Part shown: in pieces, positions 37,834 through 47,432 of the stretch | Numbering within the stretch: position 1 is the stretch's first letter | Layout: every line of letters starts with the position of its first letter | Assembly (NCBI GenBank): GCA_046598045.1 | Contig: JBKJJJ010000095.1 | Span: forward strand, 1-47,432 | Source of the DNA: Candidatus Eiseniibacteriota bacterium | GTDB taxonomy: Bacteria > Eisenbacteria > RBG-16-71-46 > DASYSL01 | DNA: 47,432 bases | Direction: 5' to 3' | The notes under the pieces: generated by a model | Seen by the model: the letters and a program-made list of their open reading frames with translations, nothing else | The model's database searches: none | Told to the model about the DNA's origin: nothing | Position numbers and translations under genes: made by a program

Positions 37834-40800
37834 ATGGACCGCCCCGACTTCGTACACCTCCACGGCCACTCCGACTACAGCCTGCTCGATGGCGCGTGCA
37901 AGATCGACTCCATGGTCGCGCGCGCCGCCGAGTGCGGCATGCCCGCGCTCGCCCTGACGGATCACGGCAACCTGTTCGGCGCGGTCGAGTTCTACGAGAA
38001 GGCGAAGTCGGCGGGGGTCAAGCCCATCCTCGGCATGGAGGCGTACATCACGCCGGGTCCGCGCCAGGACCGCACGCGCGGCGAGGGCAACTTCCACATG
38101 ATCCTCCTCGCCAAGGATTTCACCGGCTACCAGAACCTGATCAAGCTCACCTCGACCGCGTTCGTCGACGGCTTCTATTACAAGCCGCGCATCGACCGCG
38201 AGGTGCTCGCCGAGTACCACGAGGGCCTGATCGGCCTGACCGCCTGCCTCAAGGGCGAGGTCAACCAGGCGCTGCTCAAGGAGCAGATCGAGGACGCCGA
38301 GGGCACGGCGCGGCTCTACGGGGAGATCTTCGGGAAGGACAACTTCTTCCTCGAGGTGCAGAACCACCAGATCCCCGACGAGCTGACCGCCGGGCGCCGC
38401 ATGGTGGACATCGCGAAGCGCACGGGCCTGCCGCTCGTGGTCACGAACGACTTCCACTACCTGAACCCGGCCGACGCCGAGCCCCACGACGTGCTGCTCG
38501 CCATCGGCCACGGCAAGACGCTCGACGATCCCAAGCGCCTGCGCTACCGCTCGGACCAGATGTTCTTCAAGTCCCAGGAACAGATGTGGCAGCTGTTCGG
38601 CGAGGAGCTGCCCCAGGCGCTCACGCAGACGCGCGCGATCGCCGATCGTTGCAATCTCGAGCTCGACTACCAGAACAAGCTGCCGGTGTTCCCGCTGCCC
38701 GAGGGCGAGGTCTCCGCCGAGGCGTTCCTGACGCGGCTGTCCGAGGCGGGGCTGATCGAACGCTACGGCCACGCCACGCCGGAGCTGCGCAAGCGGCTCG
38801 ACTACGAGCTGGGCGTGATCGCGAAGCTCGGGTTTGCGTCGTATTTCCTGATCGTGCGCGACTTCATCCACTACGCGCGTACGCAGGGCATCGGCGTGGG
38901 GCCGGGGCGCGGGTCGGTCGCGGGCTCGCTCGTCTCGTACTGCCTGCGCATCACCGACATCGACCCGATTCGCTACGGACTGATCTTCGAGCGTTTCCTC
39001 AACCCCGAGCGCGTGTCGATGCCCGACATCGACCTCGACTTCGAGGACGCCCGCCGCGGCGAGGTGATCGAGTACGTGCGTAAGAAATACGGCGAAAAAT
39101 CGGTCAGCCAGATCATCACGTTCGGACGCATGAAGGCGAAGGCGGTGATCCGCGACGTCGCGCGCGTGCTCGGCATGCCGTTCTCCGAGGGCGACCGCAT
39201 TGCGAAGCTCGTACCCGAGGAGCTCGGCATCACGCTCGACCAGGCGATCGAGAAGGTGCCCGACCTCAAGGCGCTCGCCGCGCGCGACGACGAGTACGGC
39301 AAGCTCATCCGCTGTGCGCGCGGACTCGAGGGCATGGCGCGGCACGCCTCGGTGCACGCCGCCGGGGTCCTGATCGCGCCCGGCCCGCTGACCGACCACG
39401 TGCCCGTGTTCCGCACCAACAAGGACGAAATCACCACGCAGTGGGACATGCGCTCATGCGAGAAGGCCGGCTTGCTCAAGATGGACTTCCTCGGCCTGCG
39501 CACCATGACCGTGCTCGACGAGACCGCGCGCCTGGTGCAGCGCCACGACGGCATCACGGTCGAGGTCGCGACGCTGCCGCTCGACGACGCGCCGACGCTC
39601 GACCTGCTCGGCCGCGCCCAGACCGTGGGCGTGTTCCAGCTCGAGTCGAGCGGCATGCGCGACCTGCTGCGTCGCCTGCAACCCCAGAAGTTCGAGGACG
39701 TCTCGGCCGTGGTCGCGCTCTACCGGCCCGGTCCGATGGAGATGATCCCGAACTTCCTCGACGGCCGGCACGGCCGCAAGCGGACCGACTACGGGATCGC
39801 CGGCACGGGCGAGGTGCTCGACGAGACTTACGGGGTCATGGTCTACCAGGAACAGGTGATGACCATCGCGTCGCGCGTCGCGGGCTTCTCGATGTCGCGC
39901 GCAGACGTGCTGCGCAAGGCGATGGGCAAGAAGGATCCGAAGGTCATGGCCGCGCAGGAGTCCGACTTCGTCTCGGGCGCGAAGGCGAACGGGCACCCCG
40001 AGAAGAAGGCGCGGGCGCTCTTCAAGGACATCGAGAAGTTCGCCGGCTACGGATTCAACAAGTCGCACTCGGCGGCGTATGCGCTGCTGGCCTACCAGAC
40101 CGGGTACCTCAAAGCGCATCACCCGACGGCGTTCATGGCCGCGAACCTGTCGTCCGAGATCGGCGACTCCGACCGCATCGCCGTGCTGATCGAGGAGTCG
40201 CGGCGCATGGGCATCGCGCTCAAGCCGCCGTGCGTGCATGGCTCGGCGTGGAGATTCGACCTCGAGGAGGGCGCGATCCGCTTCGGCCTGGGCGCGATCA
40301 AGAACACCGGGGAGGCGGCGATCGCCGCCATCGTGCGCGCGCGCAATCAGGGCGGGCCGTTCCAGGACCTGTTCGATTTCGCGGGGCGCGTGGAGAACCG
40401 CGCACTCAACCGCCGCCTGGTCGAGAGCCTCGTGCAGGCCGGCGCGTTCGACCAGTTCGGCGACAATCGCGCGCGCCTGTTCGCCGCGGTCCCCATGGCG
40501 CTCGACTGGGGCACGCGTCGCCGCCAGGAGGCGTCGGCGGGGCAGGCGTCGCTGTTCGGCGGGGGCGCGGCGCACGGCGCCTCGCTGACCACGCCGCAGC
40601 TTCCGGACGTGCCGCACTGGGGCGCGCTCGAGCGCGCCGCGCGCGAGAAGGAGGTGCTCGGCTTCTACCTCTCCGGGCACCCGCTCGATTCGTTCAAGGA
40701 GGATCTCAAGCGCCTCACCAGCGGGACGATCGCGCACTTCCTCCAGCAGGCGCCGGGCACGCCCGCGCGTGCGGCGGGCGTGATCCTGGGCCTGCGCAAG

Positions 40801-41262
40801 ACCGCAACGCGCAAGGGCGACCCGATGGCGTTCGCGACGCTCGAGGACATGTCGGGATCGATCGAGTTGCTGGTGTTCCCCGAGGCCTACGAGCGCGCCG
40901 CGAAGCACCTTGCCGACGGGGCGATCGTGTGGGTCAAGGGCCAGGTCTCCGCGCGCGACAGCGAGGACCGCAAGCTCGTGGCCGAGGAGGTGCGTCCGTT
41001 CGAGGAGGCGCGTCTCAAGAGCCTCGGCTTCTACGTCGCGCTGAGCGGTTCGCAGGTTCCCGACGCCGTGCGCGGCGAACTCGACCAGCTTTTCATGTCG
41101 CGCGTCGGGCCACTGCCCGTATTCATGGAACTCACCGAGCCGGACGGGACGACGGTCGTCCTGCGCTCCGGCCGTTACCGGGTCGCCTTCGACGAGGGGC
41201 TGCGCGATGCCTGCGACGCGCTCCTCGGCCCCGGGCGATCCCGCTTCGCAGCGAGGCTCTGA
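37834..41262 (+). CDS. dnaE: DNA polymerase III subunit alpha
   Basis: PHP HLHGHSDYSLLDG, GPGRGSVAGS, MPDIDLDF, LLKMDFLGL, FAGYGFNKSH, OB-fold. Confidence 0.98.
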   Translation: MDRPDFVHLHGHSDYSLLDGACKIDSMVARAAECGMPALALTDHGNLFGAVEFYEKAKSAGVKPILGMEAYITPGPRQDRTRGEGNFHMILLAKDFTGYQNLIKLTSTAFVDGFYYKPRIDREVLAEYHEGLIGLTACLKGEVNQALLKEQIEDAEGTARLYGEIFGKDNFFLEVQNHQIPDELTAGRRMVDIAKRTGLPLVVTNDFHYLNPADAEPHDVLLAIGHGKTLDDPKRLRYRSDQMFFKSQEQMWQLFGEELPQALTQTRAIADRCNLELDYQNKLPVFPLPEGEVSAEAFLTRLSEAGLIERYGHATPELRKRLDYELGVIAKLGFASYFLIVRDFIHYARTQGIGVGPGRGSVAGSLVSYCLRITDIDPIRYGLIFERFLNPERVSMPDIDLDFEDARRGEVIEYVRKKYGEKSVSQIITFGRMKAKAVIRDVARVLGMPFSEGDRIAKLVPEELGITLDQAIEKVPDLKALAARDDEYGKLIRCARGLEGMARHASVHAAGVLIAPGPLTDHVPVFRTNKDEITTQWDMRSCEKAGLLKMDFLGLRTMTVLDETARLVQRHDGITVEVATLPLDDAPTLDLLGRAQTVGVFQLESSGMRDLLRRLQPQKFEDVSAVVALYRPGPMEMIPNFLDGRHGRKRTDYGIAGTGEVLDETYGVMVYQEQVMTIASRVAGFSMSRADVLRKAMGKKDPKVMAAQESDFVSGAKANGHPEKKARALFKDIEKFAGYGFNKSHSAAYALLAYQTGYLKAHHPTAFMAANLSSEIGDSDRIAVLIEESRRMGIALKPPCVHGSAWRFDLEEGAIRFGLGAIKNTGEAAIAAIVRARNQGGPFQDLFDFAGRVENRALNRRLVESLVQAGAFDQFGDNRARLFAAVPMALDWGTRRRQEASAGQASLFGGGAAHGASLTTPQLPDVPHWGALERAAREKEVLGFYLSGHPLDSFKEDLKRLTSGTIAHFLQQAPGTPARAAGVILGLRKTATRKGDPMAFATLEDMSGSIELLVFPEAYERAAKHLADGAIVWVKGQVSARDSEDRKLVAEEVRPFEEARLKSLGFYVALSGSQVPDAVRGELDQLFMSRVGPLPVFMELTEPDGTTVVLRSGRYRVAFDEGLRDACDALLGPGRSRFAARL

Positions 41263-42431
41263 TGGCGATCAAGTCCGCCCGCAGCAAGTCTCCCGCGGCC
41301 GCCCAGGCGCCGCCGGTCCCCGACACCACGCCGCCGCTCAAGAGCATGGAGTCCGCCCCGGCGCCCGCGGTGCCGCTCCTTGACGCGCCGGTCGCCGCCG
41401 CCCCGAACGTCCCCGACGCGCCGCCCCGGCCGAAAGGGCGCGCGAAGAGCGAAGGGGTTCTGCCGGGCGGGCCTTATCTCGACTTCGAGAAGCCGATCGT
41501 CGAACTCGAACTCAAGATCGCGGACCTGAGGGCGCACGCGGCGGGGGAGAACATCACGCTCGAAAGGGAGCTGGTCCCCCTCGAGGCGCGCGCCGAGAAG
41601 CTGCGCCACAAGGTGTACGACAACCTCACGCGCTATCAGCGCGTGCAGCTCGCGCGCCACCCGCGCCGGCCGTACCTGCTCGACTACGTCGAGCGCCTGA
41701 CGACCGAGTTCTTCGAGCTGCACGGCGATCGCGGCTTCGCCGACGACCGCGCGATCGTGGGCGGGCTCGCGCGTTTCGGGGGCGAGCCGCTGATGATCGT
41801 GGGCACGCAGAAGGGCCGCGACACCAAGGAGAACCTGCTGCGCCGGTTCGGCATGGCGAACCCCGAGGGCTATAGGAAGGCGCTCCGCCTGATGCAACTC
41901 GCGAGCAACTTCGGCACGCCGATCTTGACCCTTGTCGACACGGCCGGGGCGTTTCCGGGGCTGGGCGCGGAGGAGCGCGGCCAGGCTGAGGCGATCGCGC
42001 GCAACCTGCGCGAGATGAGCCGGCTCACGGTGCCGTTCATCTCGGTGATCACGGGGGAGGGCGGCTCGGGCGGCGCGCTCGCGCTCGCGATGGGCGACGT
42101 GGTGCTCATGTTCGAGAACTCGATCTACTCGGTGATCTCACCCGAGGGCTGCGCCTCGATCCTGTGGCGCGACCGTGCCCGCAGCCAGCAGGCCGCCGAT
42201 GCGCTGCGCCTGACCGCAGCCGACTGCCTCGAATTCGGGATCGTGGACGAGATCCTCCCGGAGCCGGTCGGGGGCGCGCATCGCGACCCGGCCGCCGCCG
42301 CGGCGACGCTTGGGGCGACGCTGGCGCGGCACTATGGGGCACTGCGCGAGTTGTCGCCGGCCGAGCTGGTGCGCCGCCGTCGCGCGAAGTTCCGGGCGAT
42401 GGGGGTGTTCGCGACCGGCGGGGCGGCTTGA
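41262..42431 (+). CDS. accA: Acetyl-CoA carboxylase carboxyltransferase alpha, with Pro/Ala-rich N-terminal extension
   Basis: TGATG coupling to dnaE; LDFEKPI, ARHPRRP, ELHGDR, PEGYRKALRLM, GEGGSGGA, YSVISPEGCASILW. Confidence 0.95.
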   Translation: MAIKSARSKSPAAAQAPPVPDTTPPLKSMESAPAPAVPLLDAPVAAAPNVPDAPPRPKGRAKSEGVLPGGPYLDFEKPIVELELKIADLRAHAAGENITLERELVPLEARAEKLRHKVYDNLTRYQRVQLARHPRRPYLLDYVERLTTEFFELHGDRGFADDRAIVGGLARFGGEPLMIVGTQKGRDTKENLLRRFGMANPEGYRKALRLMQLASNFGTPILTLVDTAGAFPGLGAEERGQAEAIARNLREMSRLTVPFISVITGEGGSGGALALAMGDVVLMFENSIYSVISPEGCASILWRDRARSQQAADALRLTAADCLEFGIVDEILPEPVGGAHRDPAAAAATLGATLARHYGALRELSPAELVRRRRAKFRAMGVFATGGAA

Positions 42432-42457
42432 CCCTCGCGGTCCGGGCGCGCTAGACT
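42428..42457 (+). promoter_or_regulatory. Putative sigma70 promoter of trm112-porU
   Basis: TTGACC-N18-TAGACT. Confidence 0.55.
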
Positions 42458-42575
42458 CGCGATTGCTGGACCTCGTGACGCCCTCAAGAGGACGGTTTGG
42501 TTCCCGATTCGCGCGCCGGGCTCAGCCATGGCGGCGACATTCCAACGGCGCGCCCCGCGCGCAACGAGGACGACG

Positions 42576-42746
42576 ATGGCGCTGAGCGAGGATCTTCTCT
42601 CCATCCTGGTGTGCCCGCAGTGCCGGGGCGATCTCACCTACGACCGCACGGGAAATACGCTCACCTGCCCGGCCTGCAAGCTGCGTTACCGGATCGAGGA
42701 CGACATTCCGGTGATGCTGGTCGACCAGGCCGAGCGTCTCTCCTAA
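42576..42746 (+). CDS. Trm112/YcaR family small zinc-ribbon protein
   Basis: RBS GAGGA; LLSILVCPQCRGDL..LTCPACKLRYRIEDDIPVML..A. Confidence 0.9.
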   Translation: MALSEDLLSILVCPQCRGDLTYDRTGNTLTCPACKLRYRIEDDIPVMLVDQAERLS

Positions 42747-42756
42747 GGTCCGCCCG

Positions 42757-45700
42757 ATGCCGCGCGCGTCCGGGGGCCTTCGGGTCCGTGCTGTCGTTTG
42801 TGCCCTCACCGTCCTCGCCCTCTGCCCCGCCGCGTATGCGGCGGTGGACCAGTCGCCCGCCTCGGATGCGCGGTTGCTCGCCTCCTCGGCCTCCGGCGTC
42901 TCCTTCGAAGTCGACGTGCCTTCGCCCGACATCGCCACGCTCGAGACCGCGGGCGGGACGTACCACCGCCTCGACCTCGACGGCTTCGTGTGGGATGGCG
43001 CCGTCGGTCAGCCGCTGCTGCCTGCGCGCGTGCTCACGATCGCCGTGCCCGCGGGCGCGCGCGTGCGGCTGAGCGCCACGGGCGAGGGCGAGCGCATCTA
43101 CGACGGGCTACGCCTCGTGCCGCAGCAGACGGCGGAGTGGGCGGCGGCGTCGACCACCTCCGGTGCGCGCGTGATGAACGAGATGACCGAGGACCGCGCC
43201 GTCTACGGCCGCTCGGGTTACGGCGACACGCCGCTCGCCACGCTCGACGGTGTGACCGGCATGCGCGCCCAGCGCATCGCGCGCATCACCGTGCGGCCCG
43301 CCGCTTACGATCCGGCGCTTGGGCGCGTGCGGCTCTACTCGAGGGTGCGCGTGACGGTCAGCTTCGAGGGCGGCACGGCGCCGCCGACTTCGGGCGCCCT
43401 CCTCAGCCCGGCCGAGGCGGCCGCGGATCCGTTCGAGGACGTCTACCGCGGGACGCTGCTCAATTACGAGGCTGGCCGCGGCTGGCGCGAGGACCTGGGG
43501 GCGCACTCCCTCCGGCGCCGGGGCCTCACGCCGAACGCCCGCACGCAATCCACGGGCCTGAACCCGAACGGCACCGCGCGCGAGGACTTCACCTCCTCGC
43601 CGAACTGGCTGAAGCTCGAGGTCTCGAGCAAGGGGGTCTACAAGGTCGACGCGGTGGACTTCGCCGCCGCGGGGGCGAACCTGGCGGCAATCGATCCGCG
43701 CACGATCCGGGTGTTCACGAAGCCCGGCGTCACCCTGCTCGACGAGCTCGCGCCGCCCGCCGGCTGGCTCTCGGAGCTCGCGGTCAACGTCGTGGGCGAG
43801 GGCGACGGCCAGTTCAACACCACGGATTACGTTTTGTTCTACGGGCTCGGCATCAACGGTTGGCGCGACGAATTCACGAGCCCGGGCGCGGACTCGGGCT
43901 ACATCAACCATCCCTACGACACGAAGAACGTCTACTGGTTGACGTGGGGTGGCTCGTTTGCGAACCCGCCCCGGCGCTGGACGACGCGCAACGGCGCGCC
44001 CGAGATCGCCGGCGCGTGGGCCACGCCCGACTTCCCGGCGCGCCTGCACTTCGAGCAGGACAACGACTACCGCCCCAATCTCCAGGCGGGGGGCACTTTC
44101 CACGAGTACACCGGGATCTTCTGGGAGAAGTGGGTCTGGCTGAACTTCAAGCAGAGCAACGGCCCGGTGCCGTTCACTTTCAGCCTGCCCGCCGCGGTCA
44201 CCAGCAAGCCGGCGCGCTTCCGCGCGCGGCTCTGGGGATCGTCCATCGCCCTGCACCGCTTGAACGTCTCGCTCAACGGCATCCCGTTCACCCAGCGCGT
44301 GTTCTTCGGCAACGCGGACAACGGCCGCCAGGACTACGACACCACGTTCACCGACGTGCGGCTGCTCGGCAACCAGTTGCGCGTACAGTGCGACGCCGGC
44401 CCGTCCGACGAGTGCGCGCTGTTCTGGTACGACGTCGACTACTCGCGGATGCTCACGCCGGCCGCGAACACGCTCGACTTCAGGAGCCCGGACACGACGG
44501 GCGCTGTTGCGTATGGGCTCGGGCCGTTCACCTCGACCAGCGGGTTCCTCCTGCTCGACACCACCGATCCGCTCGGGCCCACGCAGATCACGGGCGTGGT
44601 CGAGCGCGACACCACGGGCGGCAAGGCGGTCTACTTCCACGACGACGTGGCGTCCAAGCGCGACTACCTCGCGCTCGGATCGTCGGCGTGGCGCCACCCG
44701 GACACGATCGCGCGCTCGCAGATCGACGACCTGCTCGCTCCGTCCAACGGCGCCGACTACGTCGTGATCACGAATGACGCCTTCACGGGCCCGGCGCAGG
44801 CGCTCGCGGCCCGGCGCGCGGTGGCGCTGCCGGGCGTCGCGAATCCGCGCTCGCGCGTGGTCAAGGTGTCGGACATCTACGCGTGGTATTCGGGCGGGCG
44901 GCTCGATCCGACCGCGATCCGCAACTTCGTGTACGACACGGTGCGCGGGGTGGGCTGGTCGCCGGCGCCGTCGTTCGTGTGCTTCATCGGCGACGCCTCG
45001 TTCGATTACAAGAACATCTACCGCCAGGGCACGCCGGGTCGGGCCACGAACCTGGTCCCGACCTATTCGAACGGTTTCCAGACGGCGCAGTTCAGCACGG
45101 ACGACTGGTTGGTCGACCTCGACCTCGGCATTCGCGAGCCCTACCCGAACGGCCCGCCGCCCGGCTACCCGGATTCGGTCAACTTCGACGTGCCCGACCT
45201 CGCAGTGGGCCGGATCCCTGCGGCCACGCTCGCCGAGGCCGACTTCGTGATTCGGAACAAGATCCTGGCGTACGAGACCGCGCCCGAATTCGGCGAGTGG
45301 CGCCAGCGTGGCCTCCTGGTGGCCGATGACATCACGCAGGGCTTCGTACCCGATGGCCTCGGGACCGAACACATGCTACGCAGCGAGTACATCGCGAACA
45401 ACGACCTCCCGATCACGATCGATCCGCGCAAGATCTATCTGATTCGCTACCCATACGGGTCGGGCTCGGAGAAGCCCCTGGTCAAGCGCGACGTCATCGC
45501 GGCGGTCAATTCGGGCATGCTGTTCTGGAACTACGTCGGCCACGGCAACCCGTTCAAGATGGCCGACGAAAACGCATTCATCCTCTCGGACGTCGGATCG
45601 CTGACCAACCTGAAGCGCCCGACGTTCCTGATCGCCGCGTCGTGCGACCTCGGCAAGTTCGACGACGCGATCGTGACCGGGCTCGGCGAGGCGCTGCTCA

Positions 45701-47010
45701 AGTCGCGCAACGGCGGCGCGGTCGCGACTTTTTCGGCCACCGACATCGCGTTCGCGTTCTCGAATGCGACGCTCGCGGAGCAACTGTTCGCGCAGATGTT
45801 CAGGGAGACGCCGCAGGGCTTCCAGGTGCCGCTCGGCGTCGCGGTGCTCAAGGCGAAAATGCGTCCGGTCACGCTCTCGATCAACGACAACAAGTATGTC
45901 CTGATGGGGGACCCGGGCACGCGCCTCCAGATGCCGGACCGCTACGTGCGGGTCGCGCTCAACGACGCGGACACGAACGCGCCGGTGGACTCGCTCAGGC
46001 GCGGCCGGCGCATCCACGTGCACGGCGACGTGAGCCCGACGCACGATCCGCTCGCGACCGATCTCGACGCGGCATTCAACGGCGTGGCGTCGATCCTGGT
46101 GACCGACTCCCCGCCGATCGACTCGGTCACCGCGTTCTTGGGAACACTGCGCTACACCTACGACCCGGGCGTCATCTACCACGGCGACGCGGCGGTGGTG
46201 AACGGGCGGTTCGACGCCTCGTTCATCGTGCCGCTCGAGGCGCTCACCGGGCCGCGGGCGCGCGTCACCACCTATGTCACGACGGGCTCGAACGACGGCG
46301 GCGGGGCGTTGCTCAGGTCGCTCGCCTCGGGCGCGGCCGCGGTCGTGGACACGACCGGCCCGACGATCGCGCTCGCGTTCCTCAACGGGCTCACGGTGGT
46401 GCCGCCGGACGCCGTGCTGCGCATCGTGGTGCGCGACGAACACGGCGTGAACCTGACCGGCCATACCATCCCGAACGCGCTGTTCCTGACCATCGACGCC
46501 ACGACGCGCTTCGATCTCACGAAGGACTTTCGCTACGACACCGGCTCCTATCAGTCGGGCTCGGTCGAGTTCACGCTGCCCGGCCTCGAGGCCGGCCCAC
46601 ATTCGATCTCGGTCTCGGCGGCGGACAACTTCGCGCAGGGCGTGCTCGGCAAGAAGAACCGCTCGACCGCCTCGATCGATTTCGAGGTGACCTCGAGCAC
46701 GGACTTCGCGCTCGGACGGGTCTACAACTTCCCGAATCCATTCCAGCCGAACGCCGGCGGGACCTCGTTCGTGGTCACCGGGCTGACCGAGGCGGCGCGC
46801 GTTCAGGTCAAGGTCTACACCGTCAGCGGCGCGCTCGTGCGGCGCCTCGAGGCGGTCGGCGGCCCCGGGCAGGCCCAGCTGGCGTGGGACGGCCGGGACG
46901 AGCAGGGGACCCGGGTGGCGAACGGCGCCTACCTCTACCAGGTCGTCGCCGAGGGCCAATCCTCGGGCCGGACGGCGCGCTTCCGAGGCCGCGCGGCCGC
47001 GCTCGAGTAG
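42757..47010 (+). CDS. porU: PorU-like C25 (gingipain-family) cysteine peptidase/sortase with propeptide and CTD
   Basis: Signal peptide; C25 propeptide-like region; WLKLEVSSKGVYKV, DYVLFYG, DPTAIRNF, FIGDAS.DY, VGRIPA, NYVGHG (His), AASC (Cys), LMGDP; PorU-like D.TGP.I and DEHGVNLTG; CTD VYNFPNPF..WDGRD..VANGAYLY. Confidence 0.78.
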   Translation: MPRASGGLRVRAVVCALTVLALCPAAYAAVDQSPASDARLLASSASGVSFEVDVPSPDIATLETAGGTYHRLDLDGFVWDGAVGQPLLPARVLTIAVPAGARVRLSATGEGERIYDGLRLVPQQTAEWAAASTTSGARVMNEMTEDRAVYGRSGYGDTPLATLDGVTGMRAQRIARITVRPAAYDPALGRVRLYSRVRVTVSFEGGTAPPTSGALLSPAEAAADPFEDVYRGTLLNYEAGRGWREDLGAHSLRRRGLTPNARTQSTGLNPNGTAREDFTSSPNWLKLEVSSKGVYKVDAVDFAAAGANLAAIDPRTIRVFTKPGVTLLDELAPPAGWLSELAVNVVGEGDGQFNTTDYVLFYGLGINGWRDEFTSPGADSGYINHPYDTKNVYWLTWGGSFANPPRRWTTRNGAPEIAGAWATPDFPARLHFEQDNDYRPNLQAGGTFHEYTGIFWEKWVWLNFKQSNGPVPFTFSLPAAVTSKPARFRARLWGSSIALHRLNVSLNGIPFTQRVFFGNADNGRQDYDTTFTDVRLLGNQLRVQCDAGPSDECALFWYDVDYSRMLTPAANTLDFRSPDTTGAVAYGLGPFTSTSGFLLLDTTDPLGPTQITGVVERDTTGGKAVYFHDDVASKRDYLALGSSAWRHPDTIARSQIDDLLAPSNGADYVVITNDAFTGPAQALAARRAVALPGVANPRSRVVKVSDIYAWYSGGRLDPTAIRNFVYDTVRGVGWSPAPSFVCFIGDASFDYKNIYRQGTPGRATNLVPTYSNGFQTAQFSTDDWLVDLDLGIREPYPNGPPPGYPDSVNFDVPDLAVGRIPAATLAEADFVIRNKILAYETAPEFGEWRQRGLLVADDITQGFVPDGLGTEHMLRSEYIANNDLPITIDPRKIYLIRYPYGSGSEKPLVKRDVIAAVNSGMLFWNYVGHGNPFKMADENAFILSDVGSLTNLKRPTFLIAASCDLGKFDDAIVTGLGEALLKSRNGGAVATFSATDIAFAFSNATLAEQLFAQMFRETPQGFQVPLGVAVLKAKMRPVTLSINDNKYVLMGDPGTRLQMPDRYVRVALNDADTNAPVDSLRRGRRIHVHGDVSPTHDPLATDLDAAFNGVASILVTDSPPIDSVTAFLGTLRYTYDPGVIYHGDAAVVNGRFDASFIVPLEALTGPRARVTTYVTTGSNDGGGALLRSLASGAAAVVDTTGPTIALAFLNGLTVVPPDAVLRIVVRDEHGVNLTGHTIPNALFLTIDATTRFDLTKDFRYDTGSYQSGSVEFTLPGLEAGPHSISVSAADNFAQGVLGKKNRSTASIDFEVTSSTDFALGRVYNFPNPFQPNAGGTSFVVTGLTEAARVQVKVYTVSGALVRRLEAVGGPGQAQLAWDGRDEQGTRVANGAYLYQVVAEGQSSGRTARFRGRAAALE

Positions 47011-47178
47011 GCCCCCGCGGGCGGCGACAATCCGGACGTATCCTCCGTCCCCGGCTGGACTTGGGCCCCATGCGGGCCCGCTCCGGCCGGGGACATTTTT
47101 CCCGACCTTTCCCCGGGGTTCGGGGTATCATGCAGCGTCTGTCACACCCCATATCGCAGTTCCACCGGAGGTCAAGCT

Positions 47179-47432
47179 ATGCGACGTCTAGCATTTACGG
47201 GTCTCGTCCTGGCCGCCGTGGCGTGGGCCGCTGAATCTTCGGCCCAGACCGCGGCCCTTTCGCTGAGCATTCCGCCGACCGGGCGGGCGAACGGCATGGG
47301 GCAGGCTTACGTGGCCATTGCGGACGACGCGACCGCGACCTGGTGGAACCCCGGCGGCCTGGCCTTCCTCGACAAGAAGGAAGCCTCCGTCACCTACGCC
47401 AAGCTGGTCCCGGACCTCGCAAACGACGTGTT
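47179..47432 (+). CDS. porV: PorV/PorQ-family outer-membrane protein; 3'-truncated by window edge
   Basis: Not in the ORF track; manual translation after RBS GGAGG gives MRRLAFTGLVLAAVAWAAESSAQTAALSLSIPPTGRANGMGQAYVAIADDATATWWNPGGLAFLDKKEASVTYAKLVPDLANDV; lies directly after porU. Confidence 0.75.
   Translation, partial: MRRLAFTGLVLAAVAWAAESSAQTAALSLSIPPTGRANGMGQAYVAIADDATATWWNPGGLAFLDKKEASVTYAKLVPDLANDV

Noticed and set aside
37834..41262. Intein or error-prone DnaE2
   Set aside because: Normal length, intact PHP motif, no intein signatures, canonical dnaE-accA context and no imuAB.
567..46959. Many long antisense or alternate-frame ORFs (e.g. 567-2765, 16343-20173, 17169-20546, 28111-30576, 43108-45372)
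   Set aside because: Arg/Ala/Gly-rich shadow ORFs expected at this GC content; they overlap well-supported genes and show no family motifs.

Overview
High-GC (visually ~70%+) chromosomal window from a diderm bacterium. FlgD-Ig-type C-terminal domains, a C-terminal TWGxIKxLYR motif and a porU-porV pair suggest an FCB-related lineage such as Ca. Eisenbacteria (inference). Left to right: the 3' end of a LanB-type glutamylation-domain gene; purE-purK; icd-pntAA-pntAB-pntB; two secreted amidohydrolase-family genes plus an M1 aminopeptidase; two secreted minus-strand genes; S9 peptidase, MFS, GT-C/TPR glycosyltransferase and a secreted CTD protein; a type IV pilin with a sigma54-like promoter converging on a GAF plus catalytically degenerate GGDEF gene; a ~2 kb lower-GC insert at the 3' end of tRNA-Glu(UUC); radical SAM; ExeA-like ATPase-SPOR; pyrE; S8/FG-GAP protease; FN3 lipoprotein; M23 peptidase; dnaE-accA; trm112-porU; and the start of porV. 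Two things stand out. (1) Downstream of tRNA-Glu is an integrase-free tandem array. Three progressively decayed ~90-bp repeats each begin with a copy of the tRNA 3' end followed by a ~29-codon 'SWNxI..WL..L..LR' tail, and two of the units carry a single cargo gene, like an integron-style cassette stack anchored at a tRNA. (2) A T9SS-like PorU/PorV sorting module sits in the same window as several CTD-bearing candidate cargo proteins.
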